Virus record (IMG/VR): IMGVR_UViG_3300010297_000072
Location: 1 to 25,723 of that record
Direction: 5' to 3' (one strand)
Length of the DNA: 25,723 nt
DNA from: a virus
Taxonomy: Duplodnaviria > Caudoviricetes
The notes under the pieces were generated by a model. That model had not been told where the DNA came from, ran no database searches, and worked only from the letters and a program-made list of their open reading frames with translations. The translations under genes and the position numbers were made by a program. Below are positions 1 through 12,300 of this stretch, one piece after another (positions within the stretch are counted from its first letter, which is position 1; every line of letters starts with the position of its first letter).

Positions 1-13
1 AATTACAGTTCTT

Positions 14-691
14 ATGTCTTGTTTAATCACCAACTTACCTTCTGTTGAAGTATGGGTTCGTAAAGAATATCTAACAGATCATCAGAGTGGGCACGGTGAA
101 TTTGTAAAGGGCGTTTGGGTATCGGCAAAGTCCATACCTGGACGCGCTTTTTATTTTGAGACTTATTTACCAGAATATGCGGCAATGTATGATAAATTGC
201 CGATTAGTGCTTTTTTATCTCGTCCTAAACTTCCAGATCCTGATATGAATTTACCAAATTTACAATTCTGGAACTGTATGGACTATGGTGTGGTCAGTAT
301 TGATAAGAAATTCATTGGAAGTATGGACTTTGAATGTTATACTCGTGATTATGGAATTCAAAAAGGTTGTTATATCTGCACTATAGACAACTATCACCGC
401 GATCCAGACATGGTTGACTGGGCAACGAGTGAAAATCCTGCCGAACATAAGTCTCATAACCTCATTGAACTGGATAATGGTCAATATGCACTGTATCCAA
501 ACAACAGATTACGCATTTTTGATAATAGTTTGACTCCTGTTGAACCAAAAATGCCTGATTTTAAGGTTTCGACTCAGTATTATCAGGTCGAAAATGGTTT
601 TGAACGCCTTGGAATGGGTCGTGAGGACGAATATTTCTGGAAAACGTCACAAGAACGCCAAAATTTAGAAGACTTAGAGTCTGATTGTTGA
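14..691 (+). CDS. Hypothetical protein (225 aa), resembling conserved hypotheticals of T4-like cyanophages
   Basis: Long ORF with globular composition on the same strand as the structural operon. Motifs such as VWVRKEYL, YDKLPISAF, LQFWNCMDY and EHKSHN..LDNGQYALYPNNR. No function recognised. Confidence 0.8.
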   Translation: MSCLITNLPSVEVWVRKEYLTDHQSGHGEFVKGVWVSAKSIPGRAFYFETYLPEYAAMYDKLPISAFLSRPKLPDPDMNLPNLQFWNCMDYGVVSIDKKFIGSMDFECYTRDYGIQKGCYICTIDNYHRDPDMVDWATSENPAEHKSHNLIELDNGQYALYPNNRLRIFDNSLTPVEPKMPDFKVSTQYYQVENGFERLGMGREDEYFWKTSQERQNLEDLESDC

Positions 692-692
692 A

Positions 693-700
693 AATAAATA
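693..700 (+). promoter_or_regulatory. T4-type late promoter variant (AATAAATA)
   Basis: 7/8 match to the gp55-dependent TATAAATA consensus. Intergenic, just after the stop at 691 and upstream of the ORF at 758. Confidence 0.6.
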
Positions 701-704
701 CGAA

Positions 705-757
705 AAGGGATAGAAACCCCTTAAAAAGTTCTGTTTTGTCGTCAAAACAGGAGCAAA
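705..757 (+). promoter_or_regulatory. Structured 5' leader: two hairpins, the second sequestering the SD (AGGAG 749-753)
   Basis: Hairpin 1 is AAGGG(705-709)/CCCTT(718-722) with loop ATAGAAAC, followed by an A5 linker. Hairpin 2 is CTGTTTTG(731-738)/CAAAACAG(743-750), extendable by T730.G751 and T729-A752. ATG at 758. Confidence 0.55.
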
Positions 758-1015
758 ATGTCGAATTCACCCGTCGATAGAGACAGAGATTACATGTATC
801 AAATGTGGGGAACCACAGATTTGATTACAGATTATGGTTCTATGAAAAAAATTGATGAAAAAAAGGTAATTCAGGAAATTATGCATGATGATGTTCCAAA
901 TAAAAAGCATCATTTGAAGGAGCAGACTGAAATGCACCAAAAAATCAGAAATGATGAGGATTATGATGATTGGAGCTATGGTACAGAACCTAGTTTTGGT
1001 GTAAGTGGGGCATAA
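758..1015 (+). CDS. Hypothetical protein (85 aa, acidic/charged)
   Basis: ORF with AGGAG SD 4 nt before the ATG. Fills the space between the late-promoter motif and gp25. C-terminal DEDYDDWSYGTEP. Confidence 0.75.
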   Translation: MSNSPVDRDRDYMYQMWGTTDLITDYGSMKKIDEKKVIQEIMHDDVPNKKHHLKEQTEMHQKIRNDEDYDDWSYGTEPSFGVSGA

Positions 1016-1018
1016 ATA
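1011..1018 (+). promoter_or_regulatory. T4-type late promoter variant (CATAAATA)
   Basis: 7/8 match overlapping the TAA stop of the 85-aa ORF, 23 nt upstream of the gp25 GTG. Confidence 0.6.
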
Positions 1019-1041
1019 AAAGCAAGACTTGTGTAATTTCA

Positions 1042-1443
1042 GTGGTACAAAGAGTATCTCGCCAATTTAAAGACATTAGTTTGTCTTTTGATATGCATCC
1101 AGTGACTAAAGATATTCTTGTGCTCAAAAATGAGGATGCAATTAAAAGATCCATCCGAAATATTGTTCAAACATTGCCTGGTGAGAGGTTTTTTAACTCC
1201 ACACTAGGGTCAAACTTATCAAAAAGTTTGTTTGACTTCGTTGACTATGGATCTGCATCCTCTGTTGAGACTCAAATTTATAATTCAATCGTGAATTATG
1301 AGCCACGAGTTAGTAATGTTACTGTAGAAGTTAGTCCAAGATATGATGAGAATGCTTTTGATATCACAGTTTACTTCGATATTATAGGACAGGACTTCCC
1401 GAGACAAGAATTTAACTACATTTTAGAGGCAACGAGAAGATAA
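1042..1443 (+). CDS. gp25: Baseplate wedge subunit gp25 (GPW/gp25 family), GTG start
   Basis: FKDISLSF..HP.TKD, AIKRSIRNIV.T.PGERFF...LGS and I.NYEPRV motifs typical of gp25. Size 133 aa, directly upstream of gp6. Confidence 0.93.
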   Translation: MVQRVSRQFKDISLSFDMHPVTKDILVLKNEDAIKRSIRNIVQTLPGERFFNSTLGSNLSKSLFDFVDYGSASSVETQIYNSIVNYEPRVSNVTVEVSPRYDENAFDITVYFDIIGQDFPRQEFNYILEATRR

Positions 1444-1444
1444 C

Positions 1445-3310
1445 ATGCCTTTTACAAAATTTACAAATTTAGATTTTGATCAGATAAAGACATCCATCAA
1501 GGATTATCTCCGTGCTAACTCTACATTCACGGATTTTGATTTTGATGGATCAAATTTTTCTATACTGATTGATACTTTAGCGTATAACACATATATTACT
1601 GCCTTCAATTCAAACATGATCGTCAATGAGTCCTTTTTGGACTCTGCGACTCTTAGAGAAAATGTAGTAGCATTAGCGCGTAATGTTGGATATGTACCCC
1701 GTTCAAAAAAGGCAGCAACAGCAAGAGTTTCATTTAATATTTTAACAAGCACCACATCACCACAAGTCACATTAAAAGCAGGACTTGTTTGTATTGGTGG
1801 AGATGGTAACAGTAGTCCTTACATCTTCTCAGTACCTGAAGATATCACCGTAAGTGTTTCAAATGGTGTAGCTTCATTTGAAAACATTACTTTATATCAG
1901 GGTGTTTTCTTAAATAAAACCTTTACTGCAGATACTTCGCTCAACCAAAGATTTGTATTAGACAACTCTGGAATTGATGCAAATACGATTAGAGTTAGAG
2001 TTGGAAATAGATCTTATTCAGTTGTTGATAACTTATTTGAAATTAATAAAAACTCAGAAATTTTCTTAATTCAAGAAGTTTCTGATGAAAAATATGAAAT
2101 ATTATTTGGTGATGATGTATTTGGTAAAAAATTAGAAAATGGAGTCAGTGTTAGAACAAGTTATATTGTAACTGATGGTGAAGATGGTAATGGATCAAGA
2201 GTCTTCACATTCTCTGGTACTGTTATAGACTCTAATGGTGTTACTGTAGATCCAGATGGAACAGTATCCGTAACGACCGTTGATGCAGCGTCAGGAGGCG
2301 CTGAGATAGAGTCAATTGATTCTGTTAAGTACTTTGCCCCTAGAGTCTACTCATCGCAGTACCGTGCCGTTACTGCGAGGGATTATGAGTCCATTATTCA
2401 ACAGATTTATCCTAATACAGAATCCGTTTCTATAGTCGGCGGAGAAGAATTAGATCCTCCACAATTTGGTACGGTCTTGATTAGTATTAAACCAAAAAAT
2501 GGTACATCAATATCAGATTTTGCGAAGACTAGCATCTTAAACGATATTAAGAAATATTCTGTCGCAGGAATTAGTCAAAAAATTATTGATCTCAAACTTC
2601 TTTATGTTGAGATTGATAGCACTGTCTACTATAATTCTTCAGCAGTTCAAAATATATCCAACTTAAGAACAAATATTATTAATACACTAACACAATATTC
2701 AAACTCTGTTGACTTTAATAAGTTTGGTGGAAGATTTAAGTATAGTAAAGTTTCTCAGGTAATTGATAATGTTGATACTGCAATTACATCAAACATCACT
2801 AAGGTTAAAATTAGAAGAAATTTAAATGCTGTATTAAATTCTTTTGCACAGTATGAAATTTGTTTTGGTAATAGATTCCATAAGAATCCTCAAGGATATA
2901 ATATCAAGAGCACAGGGTTCCAAATTGCAGGTGAGTTAGATACTGTTTATTTCTCAGATGTTCCCGTTCCAGGTAGTGATATTGGTATTCTTTCAATTGT
3001 TAAACCAACCAATGTTCCTGGACAGTTTCAGATTGTTAAAAAGTCGATAGGTTCCGTTGATTATGTGAAAGGTGAAATCATTGTTAATACCATTAACGTC
3101 ACATCAACCTCATTAGATGATGGTGTAATTGAGATTCAAGCGTTCCCAGAATCAAATGATGTTATTGGACTCAAGGATTTGTATTTAGTATTTGATGTCT
3201 CCAAAAGCACCATAAATATGAAGAAGGATACAATCTCTTCTGGAGAACAAATATCTGGTATTAATTTTGACTCCACATCGAGTTATTCAAACGGAACGTT
3301 AACGAGGTAA
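1445..3310 (+). CDS. gp6: Baseplate wedge subunit gp6
   Basis: LDFDQIK..IKDYLR...FTDFDFDGSNFSILID.LAYNT, ESFLDSATLRENVV.LAR.VGY.PRS, YEILFGD and Q.RAVTARDYE motifs of T4 gp6. 621 aa. Confidence 0.96.
   Translation: MPFTKFTNLDFDQIKTSIKDYLRANSTFTDFDFDGSNFSILIDTLAYNTYITAFNSNMIVNESFLDSATLRENVVALARNVGYVPRSKKAATARVSFNILTSTTSPQVTLKAGLVCIGGDGNSSPYIFSVPEDITVSVSNGVASFENITLYQGVFLNKTFTADTSLNQRFVLDNSGIDANTIRVRVGNRSYSVVDNLFEINKNSEIFLIQEVSDEKYEILFGDDVFGKKLENGVSVRTSYIVTDGEDGNGSRVFTFSGTVIDSNGVTVDPDGTVSVTTVDAASGGAEIESIDSVKYFAPRVYSSQYRAVTARDYESIIQQIYPNTESVSIVGGEELDPPQFGTVLISIKPKNGTSISDFAKTSILNDIKKYSVAGISQKIIDLKLLYVEIDSTVYYNSSAVQNISNLRTNIINTLTQYSNSVDFNKFGGRFKYSKVSQVIDNVDTAITSNITKVKIRRNLNAVLNSFAQYEICFGNRFHKNPQGYNIKSTGFQIAGELDTVYFSDVPVPGSDIGILSIVKPTNVPGQFQIVKKSIGSVDYVKGEIIVNTINVTSTSLDDGVIEIQAFPESNDVIGLKDLYLVFDVSKSTINMKKDTISSGEQISGINFDSTSSYSNGTLTR
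3211..3218 (+). promoter_or_regulatory. Putative late promoter embedded in the gp6 3' end (CATAAATA)
   Basis: 7/8 match about 95 nt upstream of the gp7 start, encoded within T-I-N-M codons. Confidence 0.45.
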
Positions 3311-3311
3311 T

Positions 3312-6300
3312 ATGGTCACGACTGGTTTTGATTCTAGAGTTAAGATTCAGCAAATAATTGAAAATCAGTTACCAGAATATGTTCTAACAGAAACACCCAA
3401 AGCGGTCGAATTTCTGAAGCAGTACTATATCTCTCAGGAATTCCAGGGTGGAGTAATTGATATTGCAGAAAATTTAGATCAATATAAAAAATTAAACAAT
3501 TTAAATCAAGATGTAATCTCTGGAGTATCCACAGTTACATCTAATGTAAGTTCTAGTGATACTGAGATCTTTGTAGATAATACTAAAGGATTTCCTCCTC
3601 AGTATGGACTGGTTAAAATTGATAATGAGATTATTACTTATACTGGTATCACTACAAACTCTTTCACTGGATGTGTAAGAGGATTTAGTGGTATTACTTC
3701 TTATCGTAGTTCATCAAATCCAGAAGAATTAGAGTTTTCAACATCTAATGCAGAATCTCATTCTGCAGGAAAAGTTGCCGAAAACCTGAGCGCACTCTTT
3801 TTAAAAGAGTTCTACAGAAAACTCAAACAATCTTTAGCACCTGGTTTTGAGGATATAGATTTAGTATCTGATTTAAATCTCAATAATTTTTTAAAGGAAG
3901 TAAGAACTTTTTACCAAGCAAAAGGAACTTCCGAGTCTTTTAGAATATTATATAATGTTTTATATGGTCTAGATCCAAAAATTTTAAATTTAAAAGATTT
4001 CTTAGTTAGATCTTCTGATGCAGAATTTATTAGAAGAGAGGTATTAGTAACTGAGTTAATATCTGGAAGTAATCCCAATAACTTAGTAGGACAGGTAATC
4101 AAAAGTATTGATGATACTGCATCTGCACCCGTATCTGAAGTTGAGATTATAACAAGAAATAATAGAACTTTATATAAGATTCAACTATTTGCTGGATTTG
4201 ATGAGAGAAGTCTCATTGAAGGCAACTTTGAGATCACACCAAAAACCAAAGTAGTAGAAAAAGTTCTCACTACAGACACTGTAATTACTGTCGATTCTAC
4301 TATTGGATTCAATTCATCTGGATCTTTGCAGATTGGTTCAGATACTGTAACTTACACAGATAAGTCTATCAACCAATTTTTCGGATGTAGTGGTATAACT
4401 GCAACAATTTCACCAGGATCTGATATTAGATCTGATAATATTATCTATGGATATGAAAATGGAGATACAACTAAGAGAGTAGAACTTAGAATCACTGGTG
4501 TATTATCAGAATTAGATAATCAAAATGATATCTATTTTAGATCAGTTGGCGATATTATTTCGGTAAAGCATATTGGTAAAAAAATAGAAAATCCAAATGA
4601 TAAGACTTTTAAAGAACTTATCTTCAATTCTTGGATTTACAACACATCCTCAAGGTATGAAGTTGATTCTTTCTCAAACAATATTGTAACTTTGTTTGAA
4701 ACACCAGATTCTTCAAGTTTAAAACTTGGCGATTCTGTTAATGTATTAGATAGAAATTCCGAAAATATTATTATTGAAGATGCTATCGTAACTGCTATTA
4801 CCAACAAATCAGTTACTCTAAACAAAAACATTACTGGTGTTAGTTCAACAAGAAAAATTAGTATAAGAAGAAATGTAAAAAATGCATCTTCTGGTTTAGT
4901 TGACTTAAAATATCCAAAGATTACTTCCAATGTTCAGAATACTTATGATGAAAATTCCGAATATATTCATGTAGCTTCTAACTCTTTACCAGATTATAAT
5001 ATCACTAAAGATATTGTTTCAAAGACTCTATCAATTACAGCATCTTCAAATTTAAATAATATATTTTCTGGAACTAGATTAAATGATAATGGAATAACAA
5101 AATATACAATTTTATCATTCTCGACCGCAGTTCCATTTATAACTGGAGATGCTGTAGTTTATACTGGAACAGGTAGCGAAATAAGTGGACTAATATTCAA
5201 TCAAACTTACTATGTTGAGGTTTTAGAACCATCCAATTCAGGAGATATTAAAAATAAAATCAGACTCTACAATGCAAGATCATTTATTGGAAGTGACAAT
5301 TATGTAGAATTTGATATTCTATCTACGGTATCTGATCATATCTTCACTCTAGAGGAGCAAAAGGGAGATAAAAAATTAGCACCTAAGAAGATTCTTAGAA
5401 AAATTCCACTGGTTCAAAATATTCAATCAGGAACTGCTGAAGAAACTAAACCTGGTGCGACGGGAATCTTAATCAATGGTGTTGAAATTATAAACTATAA
5501 GTCAAATGATAAAATTTATTATGGTCCACTTGAAAAAGTTACAATAGTAAATTCTGGAACCGACTATGATGTTTTAAGTCCACCAAATGTTGTTATTTCA
5601 AATCCAACGGTTGGTCTTGGGACCACTGCTTTAGTTGACTTAGTAGTCAGAGGAAATTTAAAGGAAGTTATCGTTGATCCTAATGAAGTAGACGTTGAGA
5701 GAGTTGTTTCTGCAACCATAACGGGAGGAAATGGTTCTGGTGCAGTTTTGGAACCATTTGTCGAAGAAAGGTTTAGGGAAATTAGTTTTAATGCACAGAC
5801 AACAACTTTTGGTGGCGGAGTAAACATTTCCGATGATGTTATATCATTTCTATCTTTCCACAATCTTCAAGATGGCACACCAATTGTCTATAATAGAAAT
5901 GGAAATCAACCATTAGGAATTGGTACTTATGATGGATCTAATACAGATCAGGGTCTTTATTTGACTAATGGTTCTGTTTACTATCCTGAGATTGTTAATA
6001 CTAGCACCATAAAATTATATAATACAATATCTGATTTTAATGCAGGAATTAACACTATTGGTTTTACAACGGCAAATACTGGTGGTGTTCATAAGTTTAG
6101 ACTTTTGAATGGAAAAAATGTTCTGAATTATATTCAAGTTGTAAATGGTGGATCTGGGTATGAAAACAGATCTTTAAGAGTTAAACCATCTGGTATATCT
6201 ACATTTACTAATACTATAAATTTCACAAATCATGGTTTCAGTACAGGTGATTTGATCAACTATAGAAACGAAACTGGATTTGGATTTGTATCGTCAGAGA

Positions 6301-9300
6301 ATGTATCTGGACTATCAACAGACAATCAATACTATGTTTTAAAAATTGATGATTCTAAATTTAGACTTGCAAACGCTGGTATTAAAACAGCAACTCCTTC
6401 CAAGTCAGAATTTAATAGAGGCAAATACGTTAAATTATCTTCTTCTGGTTCTGGGCAGCACATATTTGAATACCCACCAATAACATTAAATCTTGAAGTT
6501 GAGTATTCTGGTTCAATCGGAACGATAACAGCGACACCAATTTTTAAGGGTGAAATCGTAGATGCATATCTATATGAATCTGGAACAGATTATGGATCAA
6601 AGATTTTAAATTTCCACAGAAGACCAGTAGTAACTATAAGAAATGGTCAATCTGCACAACTTAAACCAATTATATCTGATGGGAAAATTGTTAAAGTTGA
6701 AGTTCAAAATAGTGGATTATACTATTCATCCTCCCCAGATCTTATTGTTAATGGTGATGGAGTTGGTGCTAAACTGCGTGCGGAAGTATCTGGTGGAAGA
6801 ATTGTAAATGTTGTAGTTGTTACTACAGGAACAAATTATAATCCAAGAAATACATCCATTGAAGTAAAACCATTAGGTAGAAATGGATCTTTATTTGCCG
6901 ATGTTAGATCTCTAACAATAAACAATAATAGTAGATTCTCTGATGAAATATTACTAGAAAATGGTGAGGATCTTTCTTATGGTATTGTTGGATATTCCAC
7001 AGATAGAGAAGGTGTATCATTCTATGAATCTGGAGAGAGTGAATCTGAGCACTCAAAAATAATTGGATGGGCATATGATGGAAACCCAATTTATGGACCA
7101 TATGGATATTCAAATCCTAAAGATAGAAATTCTACATTAAAAATATTAGAACCAGGTTATACAACAAATCTATCGAACGTTTATAATAGACCAAGTGGAT
7201 TTGATTTGGGATTCTTTGTTGAAGATTATGTTTATACTGATAGTGGAGATCTGGATATTTACAATGGAAGGTTTTCAAAAACTCCAGAGTTCCCCAATGG
7301 AACATATGCATATTACGTTGGAGTATCAACGAATAATGTTACCAATAAACTAGAACCAAAATTCCCATATTTTATTGGAAATAAGTATAGATCAAACTCT
7401 ACCGTAGATTTGAATCAAACTCAAGATTACGATTTTAATAATTCTAACTTAATTAGAAATACTTTCCCATATAGGGTAAGTCAAGAATATTCTAATAATG
7501 ATTTTATTATTGAACCAAATAAAATTGTAAAGCAAAATTCTGTTGTTGAAATTATATCGGAAGGATCTGTTGAAAAACTGACTGTACTAAATTCTGGCGA
7601 TAATTACCGCGTTGGTGAATCTCTTGTTTTTGATAATGATGGAACTGGTGGTAGTGGTGCTTCTGCAATAGTAAATTCAGTTAAAGGGAAGGATATTGTA
7701 AATATTGAAACCACTTCAGAAGTTTACAATAATGCACTAGTTCTAAGAAAAAATCTTAATCAACTAGAAGTTAAAGTATCTCCATATCACGACTTACTAG
7801 ATGGAGATATTGTTGAAATTACTGGCGTTTCAACAACTGCTATAAAAAATCTATCAGGCTCACATAGAATTGGTGTTACATCAAATTATTCATCATTAGT
7901 ATTTGATGTATCTTCTAACGCTACTGTGGGCGTTGTTACAGATATCTATGTTTCACCATTCCCAAGCAACATTAGTATTGGATCTACCGTAGGTATAGGG
8001 TCAGAAACATTATCCGTCATAAATGTTTTTGGTGATCAAAATATTCTGAGAGTTTCTAGGGGAGTATCTGCTGGACATACTGCAAGTACTCGTGTTGATT
8101 TTTATAATGATAAATTCACAATTGACCTAGAGAGTCCTTATTTTATTTCATTAGATAATCAAAAGGTTTATTTTAACCCAAATATTTCAGTAAGTTCTGG
8201 TCTTGATACAGGAACTTTTAGTAACGTTCAATATCAACTCGGAAATCAATCAAATAATGTATCTGTAGAGACTCAGAGCATTTATATTCCAAATCACCCA
8301 TTTGTAACTAATCAAAGAGTTTTATTTGTAAAACCAAGCACTGCAGGTGCATTAATTGTTAGAGATACTCCAGATTCATCATTCTTCAATTTACCAGAAT
8401 CTGGTAATAGTCAGTATGTTTATATAATTAACAAAACCCCAGATACAATTGGAATCGTAACTACTGTTGGATTGACTACTACAACTAATGGTTTATTCTT
8501 CAATAGCACTGGATCAAATAGTGATTATTATTATTTTGAACCAGAATATTCACAAGTTACTGCTGATGTTAAGAAAATAACAACTCAAGTATCAGTATCG
8601 ACAAGTCATGATTTAACTTATGGGGATAGTGTTACATTATTAGTAAATCCAAATTTATCTGTTGGTGTTGGTACTACCGCTAGCAATGTATCCATCAAAT
8701 ATAATTCAACTTTCGACAAAGTTCTTGTTAATCCAATTGGATTTAATTCAACTGGTATTAATACCACTACAAATAAAATCAATATACCTTTACATGGACT
8801 GAAAACTGGAGAAAAAGTTTTCTATGATTCTTCAGATCTAGTTGCCTCTGGATTAGAAACTGGTGGATATTATGTTTACAGAGTGAATGATGATAATATT
8901 CACTTGTGCGACACATATAGTGATGCAATATCTTCGCCTCCAAGAGTTGTTAGCATTGCATCCACTGGAGGTTCTGGACAAGAATTAAGTTTGATTAATC
9001 CACAGTTAGAAGTTGTTAAAAATAATGATATTGTCTTTGATCTTTCAGATACTTCTCTTGTAGGATATGATTTAAAATTCTTCTTTGATTCTTCATTCAA
9101 AAATGAATTTGTATCTATTGGACAAACAACTGTATTTTCAGTTTCTGGTGTAGGAACTATTGGCGTATCTTCAACTGCAAGCGTTACTGTTGGATTTAAT
9201 ACCAGTATTCCAAACAAGTTATATTATAACTTAGAAAAATCAGGATCTACAATAAGTGTTGATACTGATGTTCAAAATAATTCAGAAATTTTGTATAGAG

Positions 9301-12300
9301 AGAGTGAGTATCAAGGAACATATAATATTTTTGGGGTTGGATCAACAACATTTAACATTTCCCTAAAAGAAATTCCAGAAAAATATTCGTACACTCCTTC
9401 AGAATGTGATGTTTTACGATATCACACCACATCTAGAACTGCAGATGGCGGTATTGAAAATGTAGAATTAATTTCTGGTGGTATTGGATATAAAATGTTA
9501 CCCAATGTTTCTGGGGTATCTACTTTAAGTTCTGGAACAAATGCTGTTATAAAAACAAATTCTAGAAATATTGGAAAAATTGAAGAATTGAGAATTGCTA
9601 ATGAAGGATTTGAATATGCTTCAGATAAAACTCTGAAACCAGAGGCAGATGTTCCTAGACTTATTAGATTGCAAAAATCTGATAAAATCACTCAAGTAAG
9701 TGTTTTATATGGTGGTAAAAACTATCTCTCTAGACCAACTTTATCACTTGTAAATGATACAAACAGGCAAAAAGTTTCTAGTGGTTTATTAGAAGCAAAA
9801 TTAAGAGGCACTGCTCTTGTTAGTGTTGATGTTATTGAGGAACCAAAAGGTTTAGAAGCAGTTCAGCACACTGTATTTACGGAAAATAATAGCAATGGTG
9901 TAAGTATAGAAAGGATTTTAAGCTATACTAATGGAATTGTTGAGTGTGAGATTACAACTCCAGCGATTAATGGATTTGTAGTAGCACCTTTTGAAGAGGG
10001 AGATTATGTTTTCGTTGAGGGAATCCAAAAACAATCAACTACTGATGAATTGGGTGTAGTAACTTCACCAGGAACAGGATTTAACTCAGCAGATAATGGA
10101 TACAGATTCTTTAGAGTAACTGATTATGTAAATTCAAATCCAGCGATTATAAAATTTGATGTTGGCGAATATACCGATAATGCTGGTACTGCAGTTTCAC
10201 CTCCTACCACATTTACGAGCATCGTAAATAGAAAGAATTATCCTACTTTTAGTATTAACAAAATACCTAGTATATTCTTCATTGGTGAAAAAATATTAGT
10301 AAACAATCAAGATACTGATCTTGTTGTAGAGACAGCAAACAGAAATTATATAACAGTCACTGGTGAATATGAATTGGAGTATGAAGACTTACTGAGTGGA
10401 TTTAAATCTGGTAATCTTGCTAGAGTTGAAGAAGATGTAATTCTAAAAGGAAGTTATACTACAAATTATTCTAAGAGTAGAAAATATGGATGGAAAGATG
10501 ATATTGGAAAATTAAATAATAGTTATCAGGTTTTACCTGATAATGATTATTATCAAAATCTATCATACTCAATTAAAACAGTTGGTGAGAGATATAAGGA
10601 TAATAAAATTGTAGGTTTTGATAGATCAAAAGATTCTGTAAATCGTTTGGTTCATCCTACTGGATTTAAAAATTTCGTTGATGTTGGAATAACATCTTCA
10701 TCATCTATTGGTATTGGATCCGATCAATTCTTAAGTCAAGTTTTAGACTTTATTAACGAAGAAAGAGTCGATACTTTCACCAATTTCGATCTTGCACTGG
10801 ATTACTTACCAACCACAAATTCATCTGACGCTATTATATTACAAAATAAAAAACTTGCAGACTTTATTCAGTGCATTTCAAATAGAGTTCTCCAAATTGA
10901 TGATATTAGTAATAAATTCTCAAGCGCAGAATTTAATAGAGATACATTCATCGATGCTTTTGAGTATTCCGTAACGGATCAGTTCTCCAAGTTCTTGGTA
11001 CAGATTGTCGATGAAGGAGAATCGAATATTCAAACAAGTGAACTTGTAATTTTAAATAATTATGATAATACTTACACCCTGAACAAAGCAGATTTGTATA
11101 CTGGGGAAGAATCTTTAGGTACATTATCTGGAACTTTTGCGGAGAATGGAAATGCCGCGATGAGATTCTCTCCAACAGATCCATTAATTTCTAGTTACAA
11201 CTTGAAAATTTATAGAGATTATTTCTCATTGAGTCCAACAAATATTGGTGTAGGATTTACTGATATTGGATTTATTAGATTAACTGCTAGAACTGAAGAT
11301 TTCTCAACTTCTGGAATTACTACAGATATATTCAAAGCACAGTTATCTTCAATTGATACAATTTATTCAAATGTCTTTGTTAGAGATGAAGATACTTTGG
11401 AAATGAATTATTTTGAAGTTTTAGCATATCATGATGGTGATAATGGATATATCAGTGAATATTATTTTAATACTCAAAACAATATCAGTGGATCATCTTT
11501 TGGATTTATCGGAACATTTGGAGTTAGTGTTGATAGTGGAGTTTTCAAACTTAATTTCACTAATAATACAAATAATGAAGTTACTGTAAAGGCTAAAACA
11601 GTTGGATTTGGTTCTACTTCCTCTGGAATTGGAACTTATAGATATTTGGTTCCAGATCAAGATGCTGGATCTGAAAGAAGTGCTAGATTAGAGTCTTCAT
11701 TCCAAACATCAACTGGAATTACGACAATCAATACTTATGATATTGGTGTTGAAGGAACTCTAAAATCAATGGTTAGAGTTGGTGTAGGAACAACGGTTGC
11801 ATTACATCAATTCCTTGTTGTATCTGATAGTGGAAGAGCAAACATTCAAGCATATCCTTATCTCTCTGTTGGTTCTGCTTCTACCAGTGGAATAGGAACA
11901 TTTGGTGCCGAGGTAGATGGATCTCAAGTAAAAGTTAAATTCTATCCAGACTCGGAGTTCTCTTCTGATAGCATTTTAATTCAAAAATATGAGCAATTTG
12001 TATATTTTGATAGTGATGAGTTTAACACTCCAGATGATTTTACATATGGAGTTGGTATTGAAGAAATTAACACTGCATTCTATGGTGCTCTGAATAATTT
12101 TGGTAAGGATAGACTTGAGTTTGATCTTAACTATGAGGGAACACCAATTTTTGAAAAGATATTTAATCCAAATAGTGCTTCTGTTTTGGACAAGTCAACA
12201 GGAATTTTTACAATTCCAAATCATTTCTTCCAAACTGGTGAAGAATTAATCTATACACCATATTCAAGTTTGGCTGGAGTTACTGCTTCTGCAGTGGGTA

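Noticed and set aside
705-730. Canonical preQ1-I riboswitch
   Set aside because: The scaffold is similar (5-bp stem, A-rich tail), but the loop is only 8 nt, starts with A rather than U, and the downstream gene is not a recognisable queuosine gene.
731-750. Hairpin as a + strand rho-independent terminator
   Set aside because: It is followed by GAGCAAAATG rather than a U-tract and it overlaps the SD, so it is treated as a translational element.
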